A DNA stretch of 64,000 bases from an uncultured archaeon (GCA_937138345.1 CAKZOW010000075.1:616-64615); one strand, 5' to 3'. Shown: positions 10,207 to 18,121, numbered from the stretch's first letter. A program made the numbers and translations. The notes: generated by a model from the letters alone, not told the origin.

Positions 10207-10773
10207 TCATTTATAAGATTTGAGTTTAATTTGAAGAGGTTTTTGAAACACTTCAACATTAGAATAATAAGCATAAACATTTTGAAGAGTTGATTGAAAA
10301 GACCACCCACAAACTTTTTCTTTTGGTAGCGAAATTAAATCTTCTGGAAATGTTTTAGTATCAAAAATAACTGAGTCTAAAACAATATTATTTTTTTTAA
10401 CTTTTTCAACAATAGTAACACCATCATCTAAAATATATAAAGTGTCATGTAAAAATTCTAAAATAATACCATCATAAATACCTAAGAGTTTTAATGAAAA
10501 ATGAATTTTAATCTCATCATTTTCCTTAATAAATAACGTAATAATTTCTGAAGATAGAGATCTTTTTGTTAACTCTTCTTGTAAAATATAAGTAAAATAA
10601 ATACATGGTGCCAAAAAAGGAATCTTTTTACTCTTAGAAAGATTTTCTAAAAAAGTATGGGAATAAGACGCCATAACTTCTTCTTTAGAATGGAGTGAAT
10701 AAAAAACATACTCGTTATTTAATTTAGAAATAAAATCTAAAAGAATTCTTTTTAACACATCTAAATGTTCCAT
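10207..10773 (-). CDS. hypothetical protein
   Basis: 188-aa ORF. No recognisable motifs. Confidence 0.45.
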   Translation of the reverse strand: MEHLDVLKRILLDFISKLNNEYVFYSLHSKEEVMASYSHTFLENLSKSKKIPFLAPCIYFTYILQEELTKRSLSSEIITLFIKENDEIKIHFSLKLLGIYDGIILEFLHDTLYILDDGVTIVEKVKKNNIVLDSVIFDTKTFPEDLISLPKEKVCGWSFQSTLQNVYAYYSNVEVFQKPLQIKLKSYK

Positions 10774-10819
10774 AACATAATTTCATACTATGAGTTTAAA
10801 TATATTTGTTACAATAAAC

Positions 10820-10842
10820 AAACGTCAAGACTGGGATTTGAA
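10820..10842 (-). repeat. displaced duplicate of the tRNA-Ser 3' end (T-loop position 54 to discriminator, plus 3 nt)
   Basis: 23-bp exact copy (aaacgtcaagactgggatttgaa) of 10965-10987. Identity breaks exactly at the T-stem/T-loop boundary. Confidence 0.9.
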
Positions 10843-10964
10843 ACTTTTTGAGCAAAGCTCACAAAGTGCAAGAACAAATCTTGGATTTGTGTTTAGCATC
10901 AGAATGTAATTCTGGATAGAGAAAATTCTAGTCTTAGGTTTTATTGAAGCGGAGCTGAAAATAA
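10843..10964 (-). repeat. 122-bp insert X-A between tRNA-Ser and its displaced 3' fragment (candidate miniature insertion element)
   Basis: Alignable over its length with 62796-62898. A perfect 15-mer acaaagtgcaagaac lies at 10861-10875 and 62814-62828. Confidence 0.6.
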
Positions 10965-10967
10965 AAA

Positions 10968-11050
10968 CGTCAAGACTGGGATTTGAACCCAGAATTCCAT
11001 AAGGAACAAGATTTCCAGTCTTGCGCAATACCGGATTATGCGATCTTGAC
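10968..11050 (-). tRNA. tRNA-Ser (anticodon GGA)
   Basis: Cloverleaf read by hand. Acceptor GTCAAGA/TCTTGAC, anticodon arm CAAGA-CTGGAAA-TCTTG, long variable arm TTCCTTATGGAATT, T arm CTGGG-TTCAAAT-CCCAG. No encoded CCA. T-run follows. Confidence 0.9.
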
Positions 11051-11054
11051 GTAA

Positions 11055-11104
11055 TGCAATGAAGTCAATATAGCGACCAAGAATTTGAGTATCAAATTGT
11101 TGAG
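11055..11104 (+). repeat. 50-bp insert Y-T between the tRNA-Ser 5' end and its displaced 5' fragment
   Basis: gcgaccaagaatttgagtatcaaattgttgagtatg matches the dphB spacer at 12510-12545 (28/36 ungapped), and the second spacer less closely. Confidence 0.6.
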
Positions 11105-11122
11105 TATGCGATCTTGACGTAA
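11105..11122 (-). repeat. displaced duplicate of the tRNA-Ser 5' end (4 nt upstream plus tRNA positions 1-14)
   Basis: 18-bp exact copy (tatgcgatcttgacgtaa) of 11037-11054. Confidence 0.9.
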
Positions 11123-11247
11123 GTGTAATTTGTAGTAATTATCTTACTATAATAATAAAACTTAATTCACCTTTAAAAATATTGTGTATGATGAAATGTT
11201 ATCACTTGATAAGAAAAATATTTAAACAAAATATTTTTTATCTAACT

Positions 11248-11610
11248 ATGGAACCACAAATGGATTATAAAATACCTCTAAGAATTATTGAAACTAAAGA
11301 ATATCTCGACGATAAACTAGAAGTTGGAAATATTACCGATGATGAAAAAGTAATGATGGAAAGAATGGTAGCATTTTACAAATTATTACCTGAAGGAGCA
11401 GAAGATTTTGGAGAAATACCTTTCTATCCTCTAGAAGTAGATAGGGAAATGATAAGCAAGTTAAACACAAGAACAGTATATATGAAAAAAAGATGTAATG
11501 AATTTTGGTGTGAAAAAAAGAAAATAGAAGATGGAGATAGATTAACTACAAGAGTTTATTCTCATTTCAAAAGTGGTCTCGAAATCCTAGATTCAATGAT
11601 AAGATATTAA
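11248..11610 (+). CDS. hypothetical protein
   Basis: Track ORF is 11182..11610. I prefer the ATG at 11248 (MEPQMDYK). No recognisable motifs. Confidence 0.45.
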   Translation: MEPQMDYKIPLRIIETKEYLDDKLEVGNITDDEKVMMERMVAFYKLLPEGAEDFGEIPFYPLEVDREMISKLNTRTVYMKKRCNEFWCEKKKIEDGDRLTTRVYSHFKSGLEILDSMIRY

Positions 11611-11661
11611 TGAAGTAATCTTATAAATAAAGAAGCAGTTAATTAATTATATAAAATAAAA

Positions 11662-12501
11662 ATGTTACACGTAATGGGAATTGGTTATAAAAAAGAACAT
11701 CTAAGTCTAGAAATGATAAATGTTCTAAAAGAAGCAGACGAAGTATTCTTAGAGTACTATACCTCATTTTATGGTTCATCATTTGAAGAACTAGAAGAAT
11801 TAGTTGGTAAAAAAATTACTATTTGTGATAGAGAGATCATTGAAAGTAAAGTTGAAGAAGTAATTTTAAAACCAGCAAAAGAAAAATCAATTGTGTTAAT
11901 GGTAATTGGTGATCCTCTTGTAGCAACAACTCACACAGATTTATTACTTAGAGCAGAAGATTTAGAAGTAGAAGCACAAGTATACCACAATGTATCAATT
12001 GCAAATTTCATTGCAAGAACAGGACTTCAATTCTACAAATTTGGAAAAATTACTTCTATTCCATTCTTCTCAGAAAAATTCATGCCAAGAACACCTTATA
12101 TGGTATACCTAGATAATCACAAAATGGGAGCTCATTCTCTATTTTTACTTGATTTAAACCCATCAAATGACATTGCAAACAAAGGTCACGATAAATATTT
12201 ATCTGCAGGAAAATCTTTACAATTCTTACTTGATGTTCCAAAATTAATGCTAGAAAATGAAGAAATCGAAGAAAAAGACACTCTTGCATTAGATGAAGAA
12301 GATAGAGCGATAATTTGTTCAAGACTAGGACACAAAGATGAAAAAATTGTCTATGGATCGATGAAAGATTTAATTGCATTTGATTCAGAACACATGCTAA
12401 AAGAACCACTTTGCCTAATCATCCCTGGAGACCTCCACGAAATGGAGGAGAACTACTTAAGTCAATTTCAAATTTCTAAGTTTAAATCATATCAAGAGTA
12501 G
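11662..12501 (+). CDS. dphB: diphthine synthase
   Basis: MLHVMGIGY..., VFLEYYTS, IGDPLVATTHTDLLLRA, VYHNVSI. Typical archaeal Dph5/DphB methyltransferase. Confidence 0.9.
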   Translation: MLHVMGIGYKKEHLSLEMINVLKEADEVFLEYYTSFYGSSFEELEELVGKKITICDREIIESKVEEVILKPAKEKSIVLMVIGDPLVATTHTDLLLRAEDLEVEAQVYHNVSIANFIARTGLQFYKFGKITSIPFFSEKFMPRTPYMVYLDNHKMGAHSLFLLDLNPSNDIANKGHDKYLSAGKSLQFLLDVPKLMLENEEIEEKDTLALDEEDRAIICSRLGHKDEKIVYGSMKDLIAFDSEHMLKEPLCLIIPGDLHEMEENYLSQFQISKFKSYQE

Positions 12502-12699
12502 TTCTCAACCGACCAATAATTTGTATAGAAAATTATTGAGTATGGAAGAAAATTATTTATCACAGTTTCAAATCAGTAAATTCAAAAGTTACCAAGAATA
12601 AATAATTTTTTGCCGATCAAGAATCTCTGATTGTTGAATATGGAGGAGAACTACTTAAGTCAATTCCAGATTTCAAAATTTAAGTCTTACGAAGAATAG
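12502..12699 (+). repeat. two extra tandem copies of the dphB 3'-terminal 60 bp (12542-12601, 12640-12699) with 40- and 38-bp spacers
   Basis: Each copy starts with ATG and ends with a stop. They encode MEENYLSQFQISKFKSYQE and ...SYEE. They differ from the genic copy almost only at synonymous positions. Confidence 0.95.
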
Positions 12700-12703
12700 A
12701 TAA

Positions 12704-12880
12704 TTATTTTTTTATTAATTTAACAATAAAATAAACAAGTGCAGTAAAAAATCCTAAAAATACTGCAAAAATAGACCAAATAAGTTTCTTAATAATATTT
12801 TTTTCCCTAATCCATACATCTGCGATAACCCAAAGTCCCGAAATAACCCACAAAATCCAAAGTATAATGAAATAGTTCAT
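12704..12880 (-). CDS. small membrane protein (PLDc_N-like, two TM helices)
   Basis: 58-aa ORF not in the track (MNYFIILWILWVISGLWVIADVWIREKNIIKKLIWSIFAVFLGFFTALVYFIVKLIKK). Its ATG overlaps the TGA of the upstream ORF (ATGA). Confidence 0.5.
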   Translation of the reverse strand: MNYFIILWILWVISGLWVIADVWIREKNIIKKLIWSIFAVFLGFFTALVYFIVKLIKK

Positions 12881-13242
12881 TTTCTAAATAAAGAAAGAAT
12901 CTCAATTATTTGAGAAACTTTTGCACGGCCTCTTCTTACATTAAAGTTAAGTTTCCTAAGTAAATGTTTGTGTTCTAATTCTTTATCTTTTACTAGATTA
13001 TAAATAGCAACTATCCTCTCAGAGATTTTTTGACATTCTTCATGTGAAGGATATATTTCTTTAAAGATAAATCCTTTTTTTAGAGTTTTATCTGGTTTTT
13101 TTAATAAAATTTTTAGATAAGCAACTAAATCAGAAGCTAGTCTTTGGTAAGGTATAGAACTTACTGATTTATTTTGAGAACTATTAGTTAAATCATTTCT
13201 CCACTCTCTCTCTCCTGCCTCAGCCATTGCTCTTGATACCAT
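12877..13242 (-). CDS. hypothetical protein
   Basis: 121-aa ORF, 1 nt downstream of the PIN gene. No recognisable motifs. Confidence 0.45.
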   Translation of the reverse strand: MVSRAMAEAGEREWRNDLTNSSQNKSVSSIPYQRLASDLVAYLKILLKKPDKTLKKGFIFKEIYPSHEECQKISERIVAIYNLVKDKELEHKHLLRKLNFNVRRGRAKVSQIIEILSLFRK

Positions 13243-13243
13243 A

Positions 13244-13720
13244 TTATTTAATCTCCAGATATGATTTTTGCCTCATATACAAAACCCTACAAGGAACTTT
13301 CCATAATAGTTGTCTAAGTTCTTTATCATTTGTGGCAACTAAAATACCTTTACTAGAATTTTCTAAAATTTGATCATCTATATAGTTTTGTTCTGACTCA
13401 ATAATTTTAAAATTATATCTTCTAAACATTGTAGTAATTAAAGGTAAGAATTTTTTATTCTTATCTCCTTTTCTCTCAATATTTTCAAGTTCACTTAATG
13501 TACCCGCATAAATATAAAATTGAGTTTTAGTACCTACTAATCTCTCAATTTGTGCTATTAAATCAATATTAAATTCAAATGTTACAAAAAGAAAATTCGT
13601 ATCAAAGATAATTGGAACTATCTCTGTTGTTTTTTGTTCTTCTAAACTATTAAATTGTACTCTTTCTAACTCCACAGTTGCCTTATTAAAAGAATACTTT
13701 TCAAACTTATTTGATTTCAT
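13244..13720 (-). CDS. PIN-domain nuclease, Fcf1/Utp24-like
   Basis: PIIFDTNFL acidic motif and the ILVATNDKELRQ motif typical of archaeal Fcf1-type PIN proteins. Confidence 0.65.
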   Translation of the reverse strand: MKSNKFEKYSFNKATVELERVQFNSLEEQKTTEIVPIIFDTNFLFVTFEFNIDLIAQIERLVGTKTQFYIYAGTLSELENIERKGDKNKKFLPLITTMFRRYNFKIIESEQNYIDDQILENSSKGILVATNDKELRQLLWKVPCRVLYMRQKSYLEIK

Positions 13721-13848
13721 AATAAAAATAGGTATTCTCTATTTAAAAGCTTAGTCAAAAAGAAAATAATAAAGTAAATTCAGGGGGGCATGAGAGACAA
13801 GAAATTTTAGGGATAAGTGACTAGAGTTCCATAGGAAATTTATGGTCT

Positions 13849-15396
13849 TTATGCTGCTTTGTCTTCAAGAGATGTTTGATCATCATTAGCAGCTTCAACT
13901 TGATTTGAAATAAGTTCATATCTTTGCTGAACCATTTCCCAATTCCCAAAAAGCATTTTCTGGAATTTTTCCAAGTCTACAGTAAGGTTTTCTACAGGAG
14001 TATCATACTCTTGATATGAATCTTTTCCAATTTTTGCCATAAATGCTCTTGATTTTTTTTGTTTAAATTCTTTATCAACAACAATTCCTCCTGTTCCTTT
14101 ATGCCAATGACCCGAATGTGCAGTAATATCTCCTTCTTCATCTTTTTCAACATTAGTTTCAATATATGCTTCTAAACCTAAATGGATAACTCTATTATCA
14201 TTATTTATATTATATCCAACTACATCTCCTCTTTCATCATGAAGAAAAATCTTATCTACTCTTTGTTCTCCAATCTCATACCCCAACATAAGTCCTGCCA
14301 TTCTCTGAGCATCAATAGATTGACTAAAAATATCACTTAAATCAACTTTCCCTTCTAATTCTTTAAATTGATCTCTTGTTACATAAGTATTATCAAAGCA
14401 TTGTTGAAACATTAATTGTTGTTCTATTGGATTGTAAATCATCCCCACAAGTCCTGGAAAGTTACCTGGACAATGATTTGCTATTTGAAATGAAAATTTA
14501 TCCTCTCCTGAACCTAAATCAATTGATCCATGAATTTCCATTGCATTGTAAATTACTTCATCTGCTTTTTGTAAATTTGAACCCTCAACTAATTTATTGT
14601 ATTCTTGTCTAAATAGGTGTGTATCTGATAGAGAACCATGATTTCCACCTTCTTCAATTACCATTGTTGCTCCCCAACCATTTTCATGTGCCCTAATATT
14701 AGCATCATAGAGTACTTTTGCTTTTTCTTGAGCAATGTATTGGGCATTAGTAAAATCCATAGTAACTCCTAACCTTTTAACTTCACTTTCTGCTTTCTTA
14801 ATTTCATCTTGTTCTGATTCTAAAAGGTCTTCTACTCTTTGTCTAACATTATTTTGTTCAACATAATCTAATGCAGTAGAATATTGTTTTCTAAGATCAT
14901 CTGCTTGAATAGTATTACCCATTGCTTTTTGCATATATATTAATTCTTCCAAATCTCCACCATACTTTTTCTCAATTTGATGAACAAATGCATAATTTTG
15001 AACATCCTCAAGATCCATTTTTTGAGCCAAATAATTTAATTCAACTTGATCTGGCGTAGGTAGTTGAAATGTTTGATAAAGTCCACCTAAATGCTCTCTC
15101 CTATCGTTCGTATCTCCTAAAACTACTACATTTGTTTTTCCATTTGCTTCTTGTTGAAATTGATCTATTGCATTCTCTAAAGAAATCGTAGCAGTGTGAA
15201 TATCTGGTGCATAAAGGACTTGATTATATGCATTATCAATTTTAAATTCTTTTGGAGTGTATTCATATCCTGAATAGAATAAACTTTGCGTTAATTCAAC
15301 ATCTTTTCTCATCTGAATAACATCAGCTGTAGAAAAAACATCATCATTAGCAGCAATATCATAATTATTACCTGAGTCTTCTTGAGGTAAAGCCAT
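13849..15396 (-). CDS. metallophosphoesterase-domain protein (large, divergent)
   Basis: Calcineurin-like motif series: APDIH, VVVLGDTNDRRE, EEGGNHGS, AHSGHWHKG. Confidence 0.55.
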   Translation of the reverse strand: MALPQEDSGNNYDIAANDDVFSTADVIQMRKDVELTQSLFYSGYEYTPKEFKIDNAYNQVLYAPDIHTATISLENAIDQFQQEANGKTNVVVLGDTNDRREHLGGLYQTFQLPTPDQVELNYLAQKMDLEDVQNYAFVHQIEKKYGGDLEELIYMQKAMGNTIQADDLRKQYSTALDYVEQNNVRQRVEDLLESEQDEIKKAESEVKRLGVTMDFTNAQYIAQEKAKVLYDANIRAHENGWGATMVIEEGGNHGSLSDTHLFRQEYNKLVEGSNLQKADEVIYNAMEIHGSIDLGSGEDKFSFQIANHCPGNFPGLVGMIYNPIEQQLMFQQCFDNTYVTRDQFKELEGKVDLSDIFSQSIDAQRMAGLMLGYEIGEQRVDKIFLHDERGDVVGYNINNDNRVIHLGLEAYIETNVEKDEEGDITAHSGHWHKGTGGIVVDKEFKQKKSRAFMAKIGKDSYQEYDTPVENLTVDLEKFQKMLFGNWEMVQQRYELISNQVEAANDDQTSLEDKAA

Positions 15397-15567
15397 AATA
15401 TATACATATCTTCCAGATTTATAAACCTAACTATATTGTTACTACTCTATGTCAAACATAACACATAATCATAGTTTTTAAAGAGAAAATAGTTAAAGTT
15501 TCAAGTGGAGAAAGGACGTTTTAAGTGAGAATTACGAGATTTTATTAATAAAAAGAAATAATTGAAA

Positions 15568-16137
15568 TTATTTCTCAGATTTTTCTTCATCTAAAGAATC
15601 TTCAAGAGATTTTTCTTCAGGTGCTAAGTTTTCTTCACCTTCATGATGATGGTGGTGTCCATCAGGTCCGTGAACATGGCCATGATCTAATTCTTCTGGA
15701 GTTGCATCTCTTACTTCTAAGATTTCAACTTCAAAATTTAAAGTTTTACCAGCTAAAGGATGGTTAAAATCCATAACTACAGTTTCTTCTTTAACATCAG
15801 CAACTGTAACTGGAATCATACCTTGAGGTCCTTGTGCAGCTAGTTGCATACCTACTTGTAATTGACCTCTTACTTCTTCAGGTAATTGTTCTTTTGGCAT
15901 TTCTTGCATAGCTTCATCCATTCTAGGACCATAAGCTTTCTCAGCTGCAATGTTTTCTACTTTTTTCTTAGCTCCAACATCTAAACCTTCAATTCCTTCT
16001 TCTAAACCAGGAATAATCATACCTACTCCATAAATAAATTCTAATGGTTCTTTTCCTTCTGAGGAATCGAATTTTGTACCGTCTTCTAATGTTCCTGTGT
16101 AGTGCATTTTCACTACGCTATTTGCTTTAATTGCCAT
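15568..16137 (-). CDS. slyD: FKBP-type peptidyl-prolyl isomerase, SlyD-like with His-rich tail
   Basis: MHYTGTLEDGTKFDSS FKBP core, an insert-in-flap region, and the C-terminal tail HGHVHGPDGHHHHHEGE. Confidence 0.85.
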   Translation of the reverse strand: MAIKANSVVKMHYTGTLEDGTKFDSSEGKEPLEFIYGVGMIIPGLEEGIEGLDVGAKKKVENIAAEKAYGPRMDEAMQEMPKEQLPEEVRGQLQVGMQLAAQGPQGMIPVTVADVKEETVVMDFNHPLAGKTLNFEVEILEVRDATPEELDHGHVHGPDGHHHHHEGEENLAPEEKSLEDSLDEEKSEK

Positions 16138-16320
16138 TTTTTATTTTTACTTTGTATAACTAAAAAATGCAACAAAAAAACTAAGTTTTTTTGATCTCCA
16201 TTTTTAAAATAAAATAGAGTGCTATTTTTAATTAAAAAATTAATCGAATTAAGATCAATTATAGTAAAAACAAGGATAAGCTATTTTATAAGTTTAAGGT
16301 TTGAGAAATAATTTACAAAA

Positions 16321-16467
16321 GGCTAGCTACCCCAGAAGCATCGTCCACCCCGCGATTCCCAAGCACTTTTTAACAAGCTTAGTGCTGCTGAGTTCCCCCC
16401 CTGACACGATTCACTTGAAAAAAAGCCATGGAAGACAGAGCTTCTACCTTATCTTCTAGGACTAACC
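16321..16467 (-). ncRNA. signal recognition particle RNA, short form (S-domain only)
   Basis: Minus strand reads GUG-UCAGGGG-GGAA-CUCAGCAG-CAC, the helix-8 symmetric-loop/GNRA motif of SRP RNA. The 5' GGUUAGU pairs with the 3' GCUAGCC. A TATA-like TTTATAAATA lies about 22 nt upstream and UUUU follows. GC-rich island in AT-rich DNA. Confidence 0.6.
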
Positions 16468-16504
16468 AAAAATAAATAAAAAGTTGTGTATTTATAAAAG
16501 TTAT

Positions 16505-17689
16505 TTATTCTTTGTCTAAATAAGATACACCAATTGGTGCAACAATACCTATTAAAATCAAAACATAAAAAAAAATACTCCCAAAACCTACAAACAAATA
16601 AAGCAGATAAAGTAAAAAACACAAGATAATTTTAGCAGAATGTAAAAAAAATTCTCTAAATAAAATATAATCCATATAGTTCCAAGATTTTGCATTATTA
16701 TAAAATAAAGAAACAAAAGACAATGAAAAAATTGAATAAATTAACTTAAATATTCCTTCTACAACTAACAAAAAACTTGAAGATAAAGCTAACATGATAT
16801 ATCTCAAAAACCAGTTAAAACTAATATATTTAGAAGTCTTTTTCAAAAATATATGTTTATCCTTTAAATCTAACTTCGATTTAAAATATACGATACAAAT
16901 AACTGAAAAAATAGAGATTATTGTTATAAGAGAACCTAAAGCAAAAAAATTATTTTGTAAAAAAACAAATAAAACAATAGGCCACAATGAATGAATTAAA
17001 ATTGATTCAACCCCTTCAAAAAAAAAGGCTTTTTTTGATTTTTTTTTTGATGACATTTTAAGAAAATCAATATATCGTAAATAAGAAAAAGATAATTGTT
17101 TTGATTGAATATCTGGTGTGAAAAAAAAGGGTAATAAGCCAATTAGAATTAAAAAAATAGAAAATACTAATAAAGAATAATAGTTAACATATTCTAAAAA
17201 TACACCCCCAATAAATGGAGCTGATGCTGCAACAAGAGTAGTTAATAATTGAAGAGTTCCAATTTGTGAAGATCTATGTTTTGATGAACCATTGACTGCA
17301 ATTTCTGAATGGAATGCTGGCCAAAAAAAAGCCATATGTAAACCATAGGAAAACCATATTATATGAAAAAATACAATACTCTCTAAAACAAATTGCAAAG
17401 AAATTAACTGCAACATATACAAAGGTATAGAAAATAAAATAACATACTTAAAACCAATTTTTGAAATAAGCTTAACACTAAGCGGAGCAAATAATAAATA
17501 TGTTAATGAAGTTCCTGCTAAAAATAATAAAATCAAAGAAAAATCTACTCCAAGAGAATAAAGATATACTGGAATAAAAATTCCAATTAATGATTTAACA
17601 AATGTAAATAATGATTGGAAAAAATAAATCTTATTCATCTTTGAATGTAGAATTTTATGTAGGTCAAAATGATGATGGTCTGAGTGCAT
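16505..17689 (-). CDS. MFS-type transporter
   Basis: 394 aa with about 12 hydrophobic helices and a central charged loop (SSKKKSKK). Family assigned by topology only. Confidence 0.5.
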   Translation of the reverse strand: MHSDHHHFDLHKILHSKMNKIYFFQSLFTFVKSLIGIFIPVYLYSLGVDFSLILLFLAGTSLTYLLFAPLSVKLISKIGFKYVILFSIPLYMLQLISLQFVLESIVFFHIIWFSYGLHMAFFWPAFHSEIAVNGSSKHRSSQIGTLQLLTTLVAASAPFIGGVFLEYVNYYSLLVFSIFLILIGLLPFFFTPDIQSKQLSFSYLRYIDFLKMSSKKKSKKAFFFEGVESILIHSLWPIVLFVFLQNNFFALGSLITIISIFSVICIVYFKSKLDLKDKHIFLKKTSKYISFNWFLRYIMLALSSSFLLVVEGIFKLIYSIFSLSFVSLFYNNAKSWNYMDYILFREFFLHSAKIILCFLLYLLYLFVGFGSIFFYVLILIGIVAPIGVSYLDKE

Positions 17690-17747
17690 AATAAAAACAT
17701 AAAAAAAGTATTTTTAAATAAAAGCCAACATGACACAGTAGAGTATA

Positions 17748-18071
17748 TTATTTCTGTTCTTCATCTAATTTTTTTTGAGAAAATAATGCCGATTCAAGCA
17801 GAGCTTCTCGAATACCTGATGTTTTTTTAAGCTGTTCAACATAAGCTGATGCTTCTATTAATTCATCATAAAATACAAAAATGTCCTCTTCAGAGATTTC
17901 TCCTTCCCTAGGTTTCATTGATATAGAAAAATAGCCATCCTCCTTATCAATAAAGAAATAAAATTCATCCAAAAGAACATAACTTGCTTGAAATAAAATA
18001 TCTTTTGTATATAACTCTGAGTTAATTTTAATATACGCACAATTTTCTTTTATCTCAAAACTTGAATTCAT
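17748..18071 (-). CDS. HxsD-like small protein (radical SAM partner)
   Basis: 107 aa. The pattern ...YTKDILFQASYVLLDEFYFFIDKEDGYF... resembles the HxsD family as I recall it. Divergent from a SPASM maturase gene. Confidence 0.35.
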   Translation of the reverse strand: MNSSFEIKENCAYIKINSELYTKDILFQASYVLLDEFYFFIDKEDGYFSISMKPREGEISEEDIFVFYDELIEASAYVEQLKKTSGIREALLESALFSQKKLDEEQK

Positions 18072-18121
18072 ACTTTACTCTATTAACAAATCTTTATAAA
18101 TTTTCTTCATTAATATATACT

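Noticed and set aside
10825-11028. Track ORF of 67 aa on the minus strand
   Set aside because: It lies entirely over tRNA-Ser, its downstream insert and the displaced tRNA fragment, so it is a spurious reading frame.
10820-11122. A split, permuted or intron-containing tRNA (BHB-spliced) as the explanation for the tRNA-Ser fragments
   Set aside because: The outer 3' fragment lacks a complementary T-stem 5' strand (AAAGT precedes TTCAAAT instead of CTGGG). I could not build a bulge-helix-bulge at either junction. The inner gene is already a complete cloverleaf.
12442-12699. A diversity-generating retroelement (template/variable repeat pair) as the explanation for the three dphB tail copies
   Set aside because: Differences between copies are not adenine-specific (for example T/C changes and whole Ser codon swaps). 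They leave the peptide unchanged instead of diversifying it. The repeats are only 60 bp, and no reverse transcriptase is nearby.
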